Part shown: in pieces, positions 51,125 through 63,258 of the stretch | Numbering within the stretch: the first letter of the stretch is position 1 | Layout: every line of letters begins with the position of its first letter | Program-made: the position numbers and the translations under genes | Notes under the pieces: model-generated | Told to the model about the DNA's origin: nothing | Databases searched by the model: none | The model's input: the letters and a program-made list of their open reading frames with translations, nothing else | Assembly: GCF_001447785.1 (NCBI RefSeq) | Contig: NW_015166418.1 | Coordinates: forward strand, 3,194,725-3,258,724 | Length of the DNA stretch: 64,000 bases | Direction: 5' to 3' | From: Gekko japonicus | Lineage: Eukaryota

Positions 51125-51275
51125 CTGTACAGCATGTCGATCTGCACCACTGTAGACAGATATCTGAGGCGGCTGTGTACGAGAAGGGGATGATGTGGTG
51201 GTGATGGTGGTTGTGCATGTGGAAGATGCTGTTGTGCTTGGTTCATTCTCCATAGCTGTGGAATGATCCTTCCAC
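51125..51275 (-). CDS. PHC3: PHC3 coding exon 2 (WKDHSTAMENEP...QISVYSGADRHAVQ)
   Basis: cag|G...CAG|gtat boundaries, 151 nt. The peptide matches PHC3 KDHSTAM..QPQISVYSG.DRHAVQ. Confidence 0.95.
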
Positions 51276-51347
51276 CTGGTGAGAAATGAAAACAAGAATT
51301 GCATATCACGGTGCTCTGAATCTGAAGACACACAGTTCAGTGAACAT

Positions 51348-51552
51348 ATGAAGCTGCCTTATGCTGAATCAGACCATTGGTCCATCAAGGTCAGTATTGT
51401 CTATGAAGACTGGCAGCAGCTCTCCAGGGTCTCTGACAGAGGTCTTCCACATCACCTACTGCTTGACTGTTTTGAAGTGGAAACGCCAGGGATTGAACCT
51501 GGGACCTTCTGCATGCCAAGCAGATGCTCTCTCACTGAGCTACAGCCCCTCC
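51348..51552 (-). mobile_element. tRNA-derived SINE (related copies near 1912-2075, 4245-4560, and 53680-53870 on +)
   Basis: GGGATTGAACCTGGGACCTTCTGCATGCCAAGCAGATGCTCT..CACTGAGCTAC is a reverse B-box/A-box head, repeated at several sites in the window. Confidence 0.75.
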
Positions 51553-52779
51553 CTAATGTGACACAGTATTCTGGATTTTGCCCTAGGAGTTGTCCCAGTA
51601 AAGCAGAATAGACATCTCAGTCTTTCACATGCTGTTCTATATTTGTAAAACAGGAAAGAGAATGGAAAGGAAATGTCATCCATCTCCAGGTCTGAGGAGG
51701 ATATATCTAAGTAAATTATTTCAGAGCAGCAAGAAGGCAACTGGTCATAACAAGCAAAGAGTGACATTCCACTATTAATCAAGATGGGCATACAAAATGA
51801 AATTAACAGAGCAAAAATTTCAGTTCCCAGATCATAGACTACAACTACATCAACCCCTATAACCACTGTTTAAGCAATGCAGTGAAGTAGGCATCTAGGT
51901 AAGAAAGGTTTTTAAACCTCCAGGGCATCAGTATCAAGGTGCATGTGTTCACCATCCAGAGAAAAAAAAGGGGGGGGGGGAGAATCAAAATGCTAAATGA
52001 CCATCATCTCTCTCCAGGAACTGGGTAGATCAGGTATTTGGCAGTAAGATTTTTCTAATCTGGCAAAGCATTCCTTATTCCTTAAAAGAGATGCAAAGAG
52101 ACACATATACATGAGCTAACTGCTCTCTTCTAGGAGGACCAGCCATTAAAATAATTAATATGGCTTTAATTCTCTTGCAAATGAACACAGACAGTTCACT
52201 TTCAGTCATGTTATGGTCCCTCATTTAAGAGAAATGATACATTAACTCCAGCAGCCAGCACTGCACTGGGCCTCATGCCATCTCTGTACAGAGGATCAGG
52301 AGCTGTTCTTCCCTCCTGGCATTCTGAAGGGGCTGCAAGGTTTCCTTTTTTCCATACCTGATAGGATTTTGGCTGCTGAATTATCCATTCCTTGTGATGA
52401 TTTTGTTTAAAAAAATTTATTTTCATCAAGGATTTATGCCTTTTTTCAAATATGCATTATCTTTTTTAAAAGAGCACATGGTGAGAAAAACAGAGTTGGA
52501 AGTGATTTAAGTAAACAAAACAGGAGAGGCAGAACTTATACAGCTGCAGCTTCATTTATTTATACATCCACTTTTCTGCCACACAACCAGGGCACAATCC
52601 CGCCCCCCCCCCCCGCATGGTCAGATAAAACAGAGACAGTGAGTGCACACCTGTTGACATATGGGAGACAAGCCTCACCTATTGGATTTCTACCTGTCAC
52701 ACTTGTATTTATCTAATCGTTTGGAGGGAAAAGAAGTCTTGCCCGCCCAACAAGTGGTATACAACCCACAGGGAGTAAT

Positions 52780-53420
52780 CGCACATGTCCCTGAAGGGAG
52801 AAATGCCCGTGACAGCCACACGCCTGCTTAAGCTGAGCTGGCCACGGCAGGGCTCCAAAGGCGGGAGCGTCCTTCCTTGGCACCAGAGCAAGGCAGCCGT
52901 TTACATAAATCCGCGGCTGGCAGAAATTCAACAGGTGCAGTTCCCGCACTGGCACCCGCCCGCGCACCCCTGTTTTTCTCCGCGCTAACGAAGAAGCCAC
53001 TGCCGCTTAACTTCTGCCTGGGCCCAGCGCCTGATCCATCACCTGGCGAAGCCCAACGAGGGGCTCTTTTCCCCCTACAGGCCTGCCGCCCTCCGGCGCC
53101 TGAGGAAAACCGCCTCCGCGCGCGCAGAGCCCTCGAGCCGCCCCGCGCCTCCGCGCCACTCACCCAACCTCCACCACAGAGGAAGAGAGACGCACCCGCT
53201 TGGCGTACGAAGCCCTCACTCCGCTTCCGCCATGTTCTCACCTCCCTCACAGGGAGGCACCGCGCATGCGCCTCTCGGACGGGACTGACCGCCCGGGGTG
53301 CTCACGTGACTCAACCCCAGGTTGGGGGGGGGAGGGTTTCCGCTAGCCTCTTGTGCGGAAGGTGGCATCTTCTATAATAGAGGTTGGAAACCCCAGATTC
53401 GTGTCGTTCACCATTGGTGT
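52780..53420 (-). promoter_or_regulatory. PHC3 CpG-island promoter with NRF1-type GCGCATGCGC (53262-53271), E-box TCACGTGAC (53302-53310) and YY1-type CCGCCATGTT over the ATG
   Basis: CpG-dense, GC-rich stretch around exon 1; motifs read directly. Confidence 0.75.
53220..53233 (-). CDS. PHC3: PHC3 coding exon 1 (MAEAE)
   Basis: Minus strand reads ATG GCG GAA GCG GA|GTGAGG inside a CpG island. It matches the PHC3 N-terminus MAEAE, and its phase 2 joins exon 2 in frame. Confidence 0.88.
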
Positions 53421-54080
53421 TCACACTTTATGCATCTACCGATGTTTGTTCCAATAACGGTCCTCTGTCTTACATTAAGAATTATACCACACTGAATTTT
53501 TATTTATTTTTTTGCATCGCCGCCCTTATTCGTACCTTTGACAAGGCTTATCAGGAAAGTCCCCTCACCCGTAATTTCTTTTAGCGATAGCGCAATGGTA
53601 AACACACTGGCGAATGGGCAGCGGATGGTGTAGGAATGGTCCTCGGTCCGGGGCTAAGTAACGGAGAGTGGGTTTCTAGAGAAGCCAGCTGTAGAGCATC
53701 TGCCTGGCATGCAGAAAGTCCAGGTTCAAACTCAGTTATCTCCAGTAAAGAGACCCTTACAGCAGGTGATGTGAAAGACCTCTGCCTGGGCCTTGAAGAG
53801 CCACTGCCGGCCTGAATAGAACAGGCAATACTGACGTCAATGGACCAGTAGTGTTATTCAGTATAAGGTAGTTCCAAAAGTTACCTAATGAGCTTAGGTT
53901 AGTAATGCTACAGGATGGAGTAAACACTTTGCATAAATAAACACTTTGCTAACAAAATTTGAAGGACTTGCATTTTTGGATCTGCACTTTTTTTGTCCTG
54001 GAAGGACAATTCTTGTGACAGCTTCTCTCATCTGAGCAGGGATTTCTGCAGCTGCAATCTGCAGATTGGCAAAGTGAGCT

Positions 54081-54606
54081 CAGAGCCGGCTCGCTCACTA
54101 GGCGAACTAGGCGCTTGCCTAGAGCGCGCCGGCCTTTAGGGGCACCAAACTGGCACCCGGCCCCCCCACCAAAAGCCCCCCCCCACTAAGAGCCCTGCAA
54201 CTTTCTTGACCTGGTGAGTGACTGCCACATGCCACCGGGTCTTTCAGTGCACTCAGAAGCGCAGCCGTCCTCCTCTTGGAGGAGCAGGAGCCACTGGCCT
54301 TCCCACCCCCAGGAATTAGTGGTTAGGAGCGCAGACTCTAATCTGGGTGACCTGGGTTGGATTCCCCCACTCCTCCTCCACATGCAGCTGCTGGTGTGGC
54401 CTTGGCTCAGTCACAAGTTCTCTCAGAGCTGTTCTCTCAAGGGCAGTCCTCGAAAGAGCTCTCTCAGCCCCACCGACCACAACCATTCAGATTTTGTGTT
54501 GTTCATTCTTCCTAAAATGCATTTATGTTTGAAAATTGGGGGGCGCAGGGGGGGGCGCCAGAAGGTATCCTCACCTAGTGTGCAAAAAAACCTGGGGCCG
54601 GCCCTG
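54081..54606. mobile_element. hAT-type element with 8-bp TSD AGTGAGCT, containing a nested SINE fragment (about 54317-54478)
   Basis: TIRs CAGAGCCGGC / GCCGGCCCTG; exact TSD at 54073-54080 and 54607-54614. Confidence 0.8.
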
Positions 54607-54689
54607 AGTGAGCTACTTGCCCTGATGTGTGCTTTCTCCCTTATAGCTCTGGCCTTGTGGAATGGATTGCCCGAGGAGGTCAGGAAAGA

Positions 54690-55858
54690 TCCTGCTCTTA
54701 TACACCAAGACCAATCTGGCTTTCTCCAGAAGAGACAGATTAAAAATAATTTAAGAACTATTTGAAATATTTTAGAATACTATGAACAACATCCTGGAAG
54801 ACAATTAGCACTAGTTTTTCTCGATGCAGAGAAAGCCTTTGACAATGTAACTTGGGAATTCTTGAGATACAAATTGGAGACGGGATTGTGGCAATAATTT
54901 TATGATGATGATAATGTCTCTATATAAAGAACAATTTTCAAAAATAATAGTTAATGGAGATTTAACTCAGAATATACCTATTTAAAAAGGAACTCGACAA
55001 GGATGTCTGCTTTCACCATTATTATTTATCTTTGTAATAGAGACATTAAATGACTTGGTAAGAGAAAATTGGAACATAAGAGGTCTTAAAACTAAAAGAG
55101 AGGAATTTAAACTTCAAGCTTTTGCTGATGATCTAGTATTCATTTTGGAAGATCCAATAATGTCTACACCATACCTGCTTAATGTAATACAAGAATATGG
55201 CTTGATAGCAGGACTTAAAATAAATTTCAAAAAACCCAAGATCTTGACAAAAAACTGCTCTCAGGATTTGATAAACAAGATCCAGTCTCAATCTAATATA
55301 GAGGTAATCAACAAATATCTTGGCATCACCCTTTCAAGTAAAATAGTAACCTATTTGAAAATAATTACAAGAAATTATTAGAAGATATCAAGAAAGATTT
55401 ACAGAAATGGCATGATTTACACCTATCATTTATGGGTAGAATTGCCACTATTAAAAAGAACATCCTTCCACGTTTCCTATTTCTGGCACAGAACATACCA
55501 ATTTTAAAAAAGAATAAATTTTTCTTGGAATTGGATCAATATGTAAGAAAATTTATATGGCACTCCAAAAAAGCACGCATTAAATTGAAACTTCTTCAAG
55601 ATAAAAAAGAAAGAGGTGGCCTCAGTGTACCAAATTGGTCCCTTTATTACCAAGCCTCAGTTATGGGTTGGATTAGGGATTGGTTACTGTTAGAAGATAA
55701 AAGACTGCTATATCTAGAGGGCCATGACCTACATATGGGCTGGCATGCCTACATATGGTATGATAAAGATAAAATCCATTCAAATTTCCATAATCATATA
55801 ATTAGAGGAGCCCTAATAAAGATCTGGAGGAGAGTTAAAGAGAGATTTTACCTAAATA
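54690..55858 (+). mobile_element. Decayed L1/Tx1-clade LINE ORF2 (RT) fragment
   Basis: FLDAEKAFDNV, GTRQGC.LSPLLF, LQAFADDLVF, KYLGI and GRIATIK.NILPRFLFL motifs, with frameshifts. Confidence 0.9.
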
Positions 55859-55859
55859 T

Positions 55860-57125
55860 ACATTCCATACAAAGATGGATTGCAAACCATAAAGAATATG
55901 ATTTTCTGATAGCACCACAGCTGACTTTGCCACCAAACTGTGCCACTTTGTTCTCACCATAACCACTTTAAACTTGGTGACAACTTGTATCTATAGATCA
56001 ATGGTACACAGCCATGGGCACTCGCATAGCCCCACAATATCCTAACATATTTATAGATGACTTGGAGCAACACTTCCTAAACTCCCACCCACTCTCACCT
56101 CTTTTATACCTGCAATATATTGATGACATTTTTATTGTCTGGACACATGGTAAAGAAGCCTTGGACATATTCCACCAGGCATACAGCAACTTTCACCCCA
56201 CTGTCAACCTGACAATGAACCAATCTATGCAAGAAATACACTTTCTGGACACTACTGTAAGAATACACAATGGATGCATAAACACCACTTTATACCGGAA
56301 ACCTACTGGCTGACAAACATACCTACATGCCTCCAGCCACTATCCTAAACATACCAAATGATCCATTGTATATAGCCAGGCTCTACACTACAGCTGCATC
56401 TGCTCTAATCCCACAGACAGAGATTCTCGCTTGAGGGATTTACAACAAACCTTTTTGGAACTAAAGTAGCCACCTGATGAAGTGAAGAAACATATTAACA
56501 AAGCCAGACTGTCTCTTTCCAGTCTATTATAACACCCAGACTTTACTATAACTTTACTATAACCCAGAGAAAACCTGTTGTAAGACTGGGTCAAAAGAGA
56601 CAATAACAGAACACCACTAGTGAACACATACAGCTCTCAACTCAAAACAGTTCAATGTATCATCTGCAACGTACAACTTCTACTGGATAATGACAGTTCT
56701 CTTTCACTAGTACTGGGGGGCAAACCTTTTCTAGCACATAGATAGCCCCCCCAGTCTCAAACAACTTCTCACCCACAATAATACAACATCTAATTTAAAC
56801 ATGGACACTGGTACCAGAACTTGCAACAAATCCAGATGCCAACTTTGCTGCCACATACACCCAGACAACACAATCACTGGACCTAACAACATCTACTACA
56901 CCAAATCTGACATCAAGAATTACATTCAGTGAGTGACCTCAAAGTAGCTGGAATGGGAGCTTGCTGAATTACAAGTTATTACAACACTCAGGACTATGGA
57001 ACCTCCAGAGCTTAACAGAGATATTGGCTTATCTGTCCACAATGCTAAATCATTCTGTTCTTTCTTATACCCAGAAATTAAACTTGTTGTTAGTCTTACA
57101 GAGGCCACTGGACTCAAACTTCGTT
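55860..57125 (+). mobile_element. Decayed Penelope-like element (RT fragment and terminal repeat)
   Basis: GTAMGTRIAPQY.NIF, YIDDIF, FLDTTV, TTLYRKPT and C....CQLC motifs; ends in a GTCTTA..GG..CCACTGGACTCAAACTT-type repeat. Confidence 0.85.
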
Positions 57126-58379
57126 CTCACACCTGTTGTTAACTCCTTTATTATCTGTATGCCAATTTGCTGCTATTTACATGTCAATGAAAAATAGAAA
57201 TCAATGAAAATGTCCTACTATATGTGTTATTCCAGTCTTAGCTATATTTATTGCTCAGTTACTTATGCATCTTGACTCTAATCAGCTCTTCCTGGCAACT
57301 AACCCCCCCACCTGCATATAATATTTGACAAAGTCTGTTTCAATGTATATTAAGAAGTGTGCACACCCTGAATCTCTGTTCTTGCAGGTACACAGAGTTG
57401 AGCTTGGTTTGTCTTGGGGGTACCGCTGGACTCTAGCTTCATTCTTACATCTTTTTGTTAACTCTTGTATTTAAGTGCTAATTTGCTGTCGTCCATTGAT
57501 TTTACCGTTCACCTGATCCAACTTCAACTCTGCATATGCATTTTGGCTCTGAGTGGCCCCTTCTAACGGCTGCCGCCACCCTCTTTTCCCCCTGTAAGTA
57601 GCCTTTGCGAAAATGTTATTCCAATTTGTTTGAAAAAGTGTACTTTGCACACGAAAGCTTTGTTGGTCTTAAAGGTGCCACTGGGCTTCAGACCAACACG
57701 GCTACCCATTGAATTATTCTTCAATCACATTGTTAATGTTGTACGGCCTATACGTATCACAGCCCCAGTCGTAATAAATACCCGCTGAACCCTAAAAGCA
57801 CCACGATCAAGGCACTATTCGCTGCAAGTTCGGGCATCACGGAAGGCTGAGGAGCTTGGAGAACCCGTTTACTCGGTTTGGAAACTACATTACCCAAAAG
57901 TCTCTGAGGCATTGCTTTCTGGGAGTTGTAGTAATCTCGCTCAACGGATGAGGTGGCGTGTACTCTGTGTATATAAGAGGATGCTCAGCGCATGCTTTGG
58001 TTTCCCTATGTAAACTTTGGGCAGAAGGCTGTGGTGTTAGGCGTCTCGTACTTAAGCCAACTAATTTTAAAATAAGTTGATCCCTTTGTTCCTTTTCCGC
58101 GTCCCTTTCGGTATGCAGTGGTACAGTCCACTCAACTGATATCAATCCAGCTGAGAAAAGGGTGGAAACTGAAAGAATGGTAAATCGGTTGGCACTTTTA
58201 TGACTTATCGGAAAGGTGTGTTTCGGTCTGGTTTAACAGGTACAACGTATACTCTTAGGTCTTAATCCCCTCCTGCGGTTTCATTCGGAATTTCCTCCCC
58301 ACGAAACAACCTCATTGTCTTGACCTCACCCTACATTCTTGGAAGTGGTTTGTCCCACATTCCCTCGCCTCCTTCCTTC

Positions 58380-59240
58380 CCAGGCGTTTGATACGCTGCG
58401 TGAAGGAAGGGAGGAGGGGGAGGAGCGAGTCTCTTCTCTTCCCTCCCTTTTTCTTTCTCTCACGCGCATACAACACACACACACGGTGGCTCGCAGGCGG
58501 GGCTAGGTTGCGCGAGCGGCGGTTCGTTCTCGTCCGTTTAACGGCTCCCTTTGGGGCGCGAGGCGGCGAGCGTGCGCAGGAGCTCGCTTTTTAAAAAAAT
58601 TATTCCCACACAGACACACCGCGGTATTTTCTTCTCTCCTCTTCCGCGGCTCGGCGGGGGCGGGGTGGGGCTGGCCACGCCAGCGGGCGGGGCCGCCGGA
58701 GTAAGCGAGGCGAAGCGGCGGGGAGGAGGGGGGGGGGCGATGCCGACTCAGGTCCGAGTCAAGGCGTACTACAAGGGGTGAGTGGCCGGGTGGGGACGGG
58801 GCGTGGGGAGGCGGCGGGATGGAGGTGCTGACGGGCCGGTGTAGAGACCTCGCGTGGGGGTGGTCGGGGGCGCCCGCCTCCAGGTGGGACCTGGGGACCC
58901 CCCCGGAATTACAGCTCATCTCCAGACTACGCAGGTTCCCCTGGAGAAAATGGACGCTTCGGAGGGTGGACTCTTACGGGGGTTGCATCCCACCGAGGTC
59001 CCCGTCCTCCTCAGGCTCCATCACCAAATCGTCAGAAGTCTCCCAACCTGGATCTGGCAACCCTGCCCCCCCAAAAATCCCCCGCCGGTGGCCGGGATGG
59101 ACCTGGCAACCCTAGTGGGTGTGCCTGTGGGGCGGAGATTTGGGTCCTCTACCCCCCCCCCCAAACCCCGTCCATACGTGATACCAACAATACGGGAGTG
59201 AAATAAAAAAAAGCCCCCCCCCCCCCCGGGGGGCGGAGGA
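58380..59240 (+). promoter_or_regulatory. PRKCI CpG-island promoter / exon 1 region with GC boxes (GGGGCGGGG, GGGCGGGG)
   Basis: CpG-dense, GC-rich sequence surrounding ATG 58740. Confidence 0.75.
58740..58777 (+). CDS. PRKCI: PRKCI (atypical PKC iota) coding exon 1, [13 protein letters not shown]; later exons not seen in the window
   Basis: ATG CCG ACT CAG GTC CGA GTC AAG GCG TAC TAC AAG GG|GTGAGT in a CpG island. It matches PKC-iota MPTQ and the PB1 start [10 protein letters not shown]. PHC3-PRKCI head-to-head adjacency is known synteny. Confidence 0.9.
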
Positions 59241-61920
59241 GTCTAGCACAATGCATAGTTCATTCGTGGGTTTTGCTGCTATAGGATGTGGGGGCAGTCA
59301 CTGGCTTAGACAGCTTTTCATTCCCCCCCCTTATTATTTATTTATTTCATTCCATTTCATTCCCCTCCTTACACCCTCACACCCCAAAAAACCCTGAACA
59401 CATAGCCGTGCCTGTGGACCATGGTGGATCTGTGGAACTTCCGTGGTTAGGAACACTGTACCTGCAAAGACCAGTTGCGGGAGGAGGAGGATGGGCAAGG
59501 CCTCCCAGAGGCATGTGGGTAAACAGGATGCGGTGCTAGGTGGATCCTTGGTCTGATCTGACAGGGCGCCTTTCTTAACCTTGTCCTGACCCGAAACGTG
59601 ACTGTGGAGGTTGCATAGCCTGACCTTGATCTTGTGATGTCAGAGGCATCTTTTGGGGGTGAGGAGTGTGTGTGTGGGGGGCAGGCCGCTGTTTGATTGT
59701 GGAGAAGGGCTTGTGGTGGGATGTGTGTATGCCCAGGATTATCTGCAGAGTGTCTTATGGGGGAGAGATGCATTGGCCTGCCTAGAGATGAGAGCGGTGC
59801 TGAGGGGACATCTCATGTGATGGGCAGTAGGGGCTTAGCAGGTCACATGGCAAGGGAGCAGTTGTTATAACTTATGAGCGGGGGAACTTGCCACATAGCC
59901 TGTAAGGTGCTTGTGGTGAGTGTAACAATCATGAGGTGAACCAATATGAGGAAGAAGAATGGGATGGAATTGTTGCGGGAATGCTGGAGGGGGGGGGAGA
60001 ATGTGAGTAGGAGGATTACTCATCGGGTGAGTGTAGCGTGCTGAGATCAGAATTTCAGAAATGAAGCACAGTGTAGCTGTGGGAGTGTTTATGGGGTTTT
60101 GAGAAAGAACAGAAGGAACTGAAACAGAGGCTGCCTTTTGAAATAAGAGGCATCTAGTAAAATTAAGGAGTATGGATTTGGAGGTGGTATGTAGAGGAAG
60201 AATAACTGCACTGTGTGCATGCTGATGTGTAGGGTTTTTTTAACATATGCATCATGCCAGTTAGATTTGGTTGTGTGGCTTCATTTAGAGTCCTAAGAGG
60301 ATAATACAAACACCTACTCCCAATATTATTCTCTCCTTTCAGCCTGGTCTGTTATCTGTAATAAAGCTTGTGGTGCATAATGTGTGACTGTAATGACTCC
60401 AGCTGTTTTAAAATCCTGGTCAGATAAGGTAGTGGCTCTTGCTCAAAATTAAGAAACATATTACTGGCAACAAAACATGGGAGTTAAACTGGTTTCTGAG
60501 AGATTAATTTTTAAGATGCTCTTCGGCCTTAGGTGGTTGTTTCTGCAATACCAGAAACAGAGGACCTGAGTTACTAAAACAAGATCATGCATAGGAAAGC
60601 CCAGGGATCTGGGTTGCTGAGCAAGGATGTAGTTCTAATGGTGGTTATAGCCGCAAATGATTTGAACAAACTTTCTAGCATAGCTTTGTTTTGTGGGTGC
60701 TCATATACTCAAAGAAGGGACTTGCTGCTTGTTTTTTAATATGGCTAGCCTGTCTTCCATTTTCATAGTAAGGTGTTCTTACAGGTCTCTTGGATAGATG
60801 ACAAGGGTGCTAGTACTGATTGCAGTTCTCATTTTGAGCCATTCTTTCTTCTTGTCCCCGTATAACAAAATGGTGTTTTGCCCCAAGTTTGGGGCAAAGT
60901 GTTCTTGGTTACAGCAGTGTTTCCAAACCTGTGAGTCAGGACTCAGTAGTGGGCTGCGATGCCTCTGAAAGTGGGTTGTGGGCCAGCCATCCCTACTGGC
61001 TGCCCCTGCCCTTTCCTCCTCTGTATTTTGGAAACCAATATCTGACCCTGGAAATAATATGTTCCATGTCATATATTAGATGGGGTTTTTTTCCTTCACT
61101 GCATATACATGTTGAGCAAGTAAAGCATGTTCTGATGGTTACTAGAGGGAGTTTCTTAGAATCATAGGGGGGATTAGAAGGAATGGAAAAGGAGAGGTCA
61201 AAAGCTGGAATGTAACCTCCATATACAAAGCTTGGGTATATTGGAATGCCATTTACTTTGAGTTCATAGTGGTGGCAGCTGCACCCTTTGTTTCTCAAAA
61301 ATATCTTGTTAGTCACTGTAGAAAATGGAATGGTGGTCTAGATGGGTGCCAAGGTCATAGTTTGCCTAGGGTACCAAAAAACCTGGGCCAGCCTTGGATG
61401 GGTTACCATACCAAGTAAATTTGGACTTGTGGGTCACCATACCAAAAAGGTTGGGTACCAGTGACTTATAGGAAGGTCTCCATGCCTTCTTAGTCTGAGG
61501 AAGCCACTGGATGTTTGACTAAATACTTGGAAGTATCAATTACTGTGACTCAAAGTGGTTGAATGAGTCATTGGCTAGAATTCGTATGATGAAAACGAAA
61601 AGGCAGGTTGGAATTTAAGAGGAGTTTACTTGTTACCACTGTTCTGTGAAACTGAAAAAATAGACCCTTGCAGCTTATATATCGTTTACATAACCCTTTT
61701 TTATGTCATCAATCAGTATTAAATTGCAAGACTGCTTCATGCTGTACTCTTCTACATGCAAGCAGGACAGTCCTGTCTCTGACCATGCACAGCTTCCTGT
61801 GCAGAAGTGTATTTTGTAAATGCTCAATTCATGGATACAGCCACCAGCAATTTCTGTAGACATGGCAGGGTAACTTGTAGTTGTTACAATTATAGGAGTG
61901 CTACCTGGTAATATCTATGT

Positions 61921-63258
61921 CAAGGGTGGCCAAACTGTGGCTTGGGAGCCGCATGCGTCTCTTTCACACATATTCTGCGGATCCCGGCAGGGTGGCTGGG
62001 GAAGCTAAATATCATTAGCGAACAAATATTATTGGACAAATAAATATCATTATCAATATCTGATTTTACTACTTTTGTTATTATTTTTGGCAGTCTCATT
62101 TAATATTAATGAAAAGCAAATTTGCATATTTCACAGTAAAACGTGTAATATTTGTTTACTAGGAAAAAGGCCCATTGTGGAAATAAATACAACAGCCTCT
62201 AGAAAGAGGCTCTGGGTGGGTGCTCCGGCCTTGGATACTCAGTGTCAATTTGCTGTGGCGACCTCAGCAGGGTATACCCTGTTTCCCTGAAAATAAGACC
62301 TACCCCAAAAATAAGCCCTAGCAGGATTTCTATGCATTTGTGGTATAAGCCCTAGTGTGTCTTCTTTAGAAAAAATAAATATAAGACAGTGTCTTATTTT
62401 CAGGGAAACACAGTAATAACACTGAGTCCACCATTTTCTCCAGAGGAACTGATCTCTGCTACCTAAAGAACAGTTGTAATTTTGAGTGATCTCTAGCCCT
62501 CACCTGGAGATTGGCAACGATGGTTCCCCAGAAGGGAATGGTTGGTTTGGAGGGTGGAGTCTATGGCTTTGTACCTGTCTGAGGTCCCATGCCTCCTGAA
62601 ACCTCACCCTCTCCAGGCTCCATCCCTCACATCTCCAGGAATTTCCCACCTGGAGTTGGCAACCCTATCTCCTTCCCAGCCAATCATCAACCTACCTTTA
62701 TTTCCCCCTCACTCTTCAGCTTTCCACCTCCCACACACCTGCAGCCTCTCCCGTGCTCTGAAGCCCTGACTGCTACGTCACATTGGTTGTCATACGGGGG
62801 CCACCTCAGCAGCATATAAGGATACAGAGCCCACCATTTTCTCCAGGGGAACTGATCTCTGCCATCTGGAAAGCAGTTGTAATTCTGAGTGATCTCCAGC
62901 CCTCACCTGGAGATCAGACACATTTTACCTCAGAGCAGCAAACTGTTTAGAATGTTAGAGGCAAAAGCCAATCAAGTCACATATGCAGACGACCTCTGTG
63001 TTCTGACTGGCTATGGGGGGTAGGGGAACAGCAAACTGTTTAGAATGTTGGAGGCGAGACTCAAGGAATGCAGCCAGTGGATAGGGACAGATTCTGAGTG
63101 AGACACCAGGGCGCCAACCAATTCCGGAGCGTGTGGAATGTTCTAGAGAAGTGCCACCACCATTCAGCTTTTATGTATAAGGGAGATGTCTTGCGGCTCT
63201 CAAACATCTGACGTTTATTCTGTGTGGCTGTTATGTTAAGCAAGTCTGGCCACCCTTG
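61921..63258. mobile_element. hAT-type non-autonomous element with 8-bp TSD ATCTATGT, containing nested MITEs
   Basis: TIRs CAAGGGTGGCCAAACT / AGTCTGGCCACCCTTG; exact TSD at 61913-61920 and 63259-63266. Confidence 0.8.
62277..62413. mobile_element. Tc1/mariner (Tigger-like) MITE
   Basis: TIRs TGTTTCCCTGAAAATAAGAC / GTCTTATTTTCAGGGAAACA, flanked by TA. Confidence 0.75.

Noticed and set aside
51480-51552. tRNA gene
   Set aside because: The A/B boxes belong to a repeated SINE head; no convincing cloverleaf.
52713-53377. Several 95-166 aa ORFs in the PHC3 CpG island (similar ones at 47750-48250 and 58388-59201)
   Set aside because: Stop-poor GC-rich or MITE sequence with no recognisable protein similarity.
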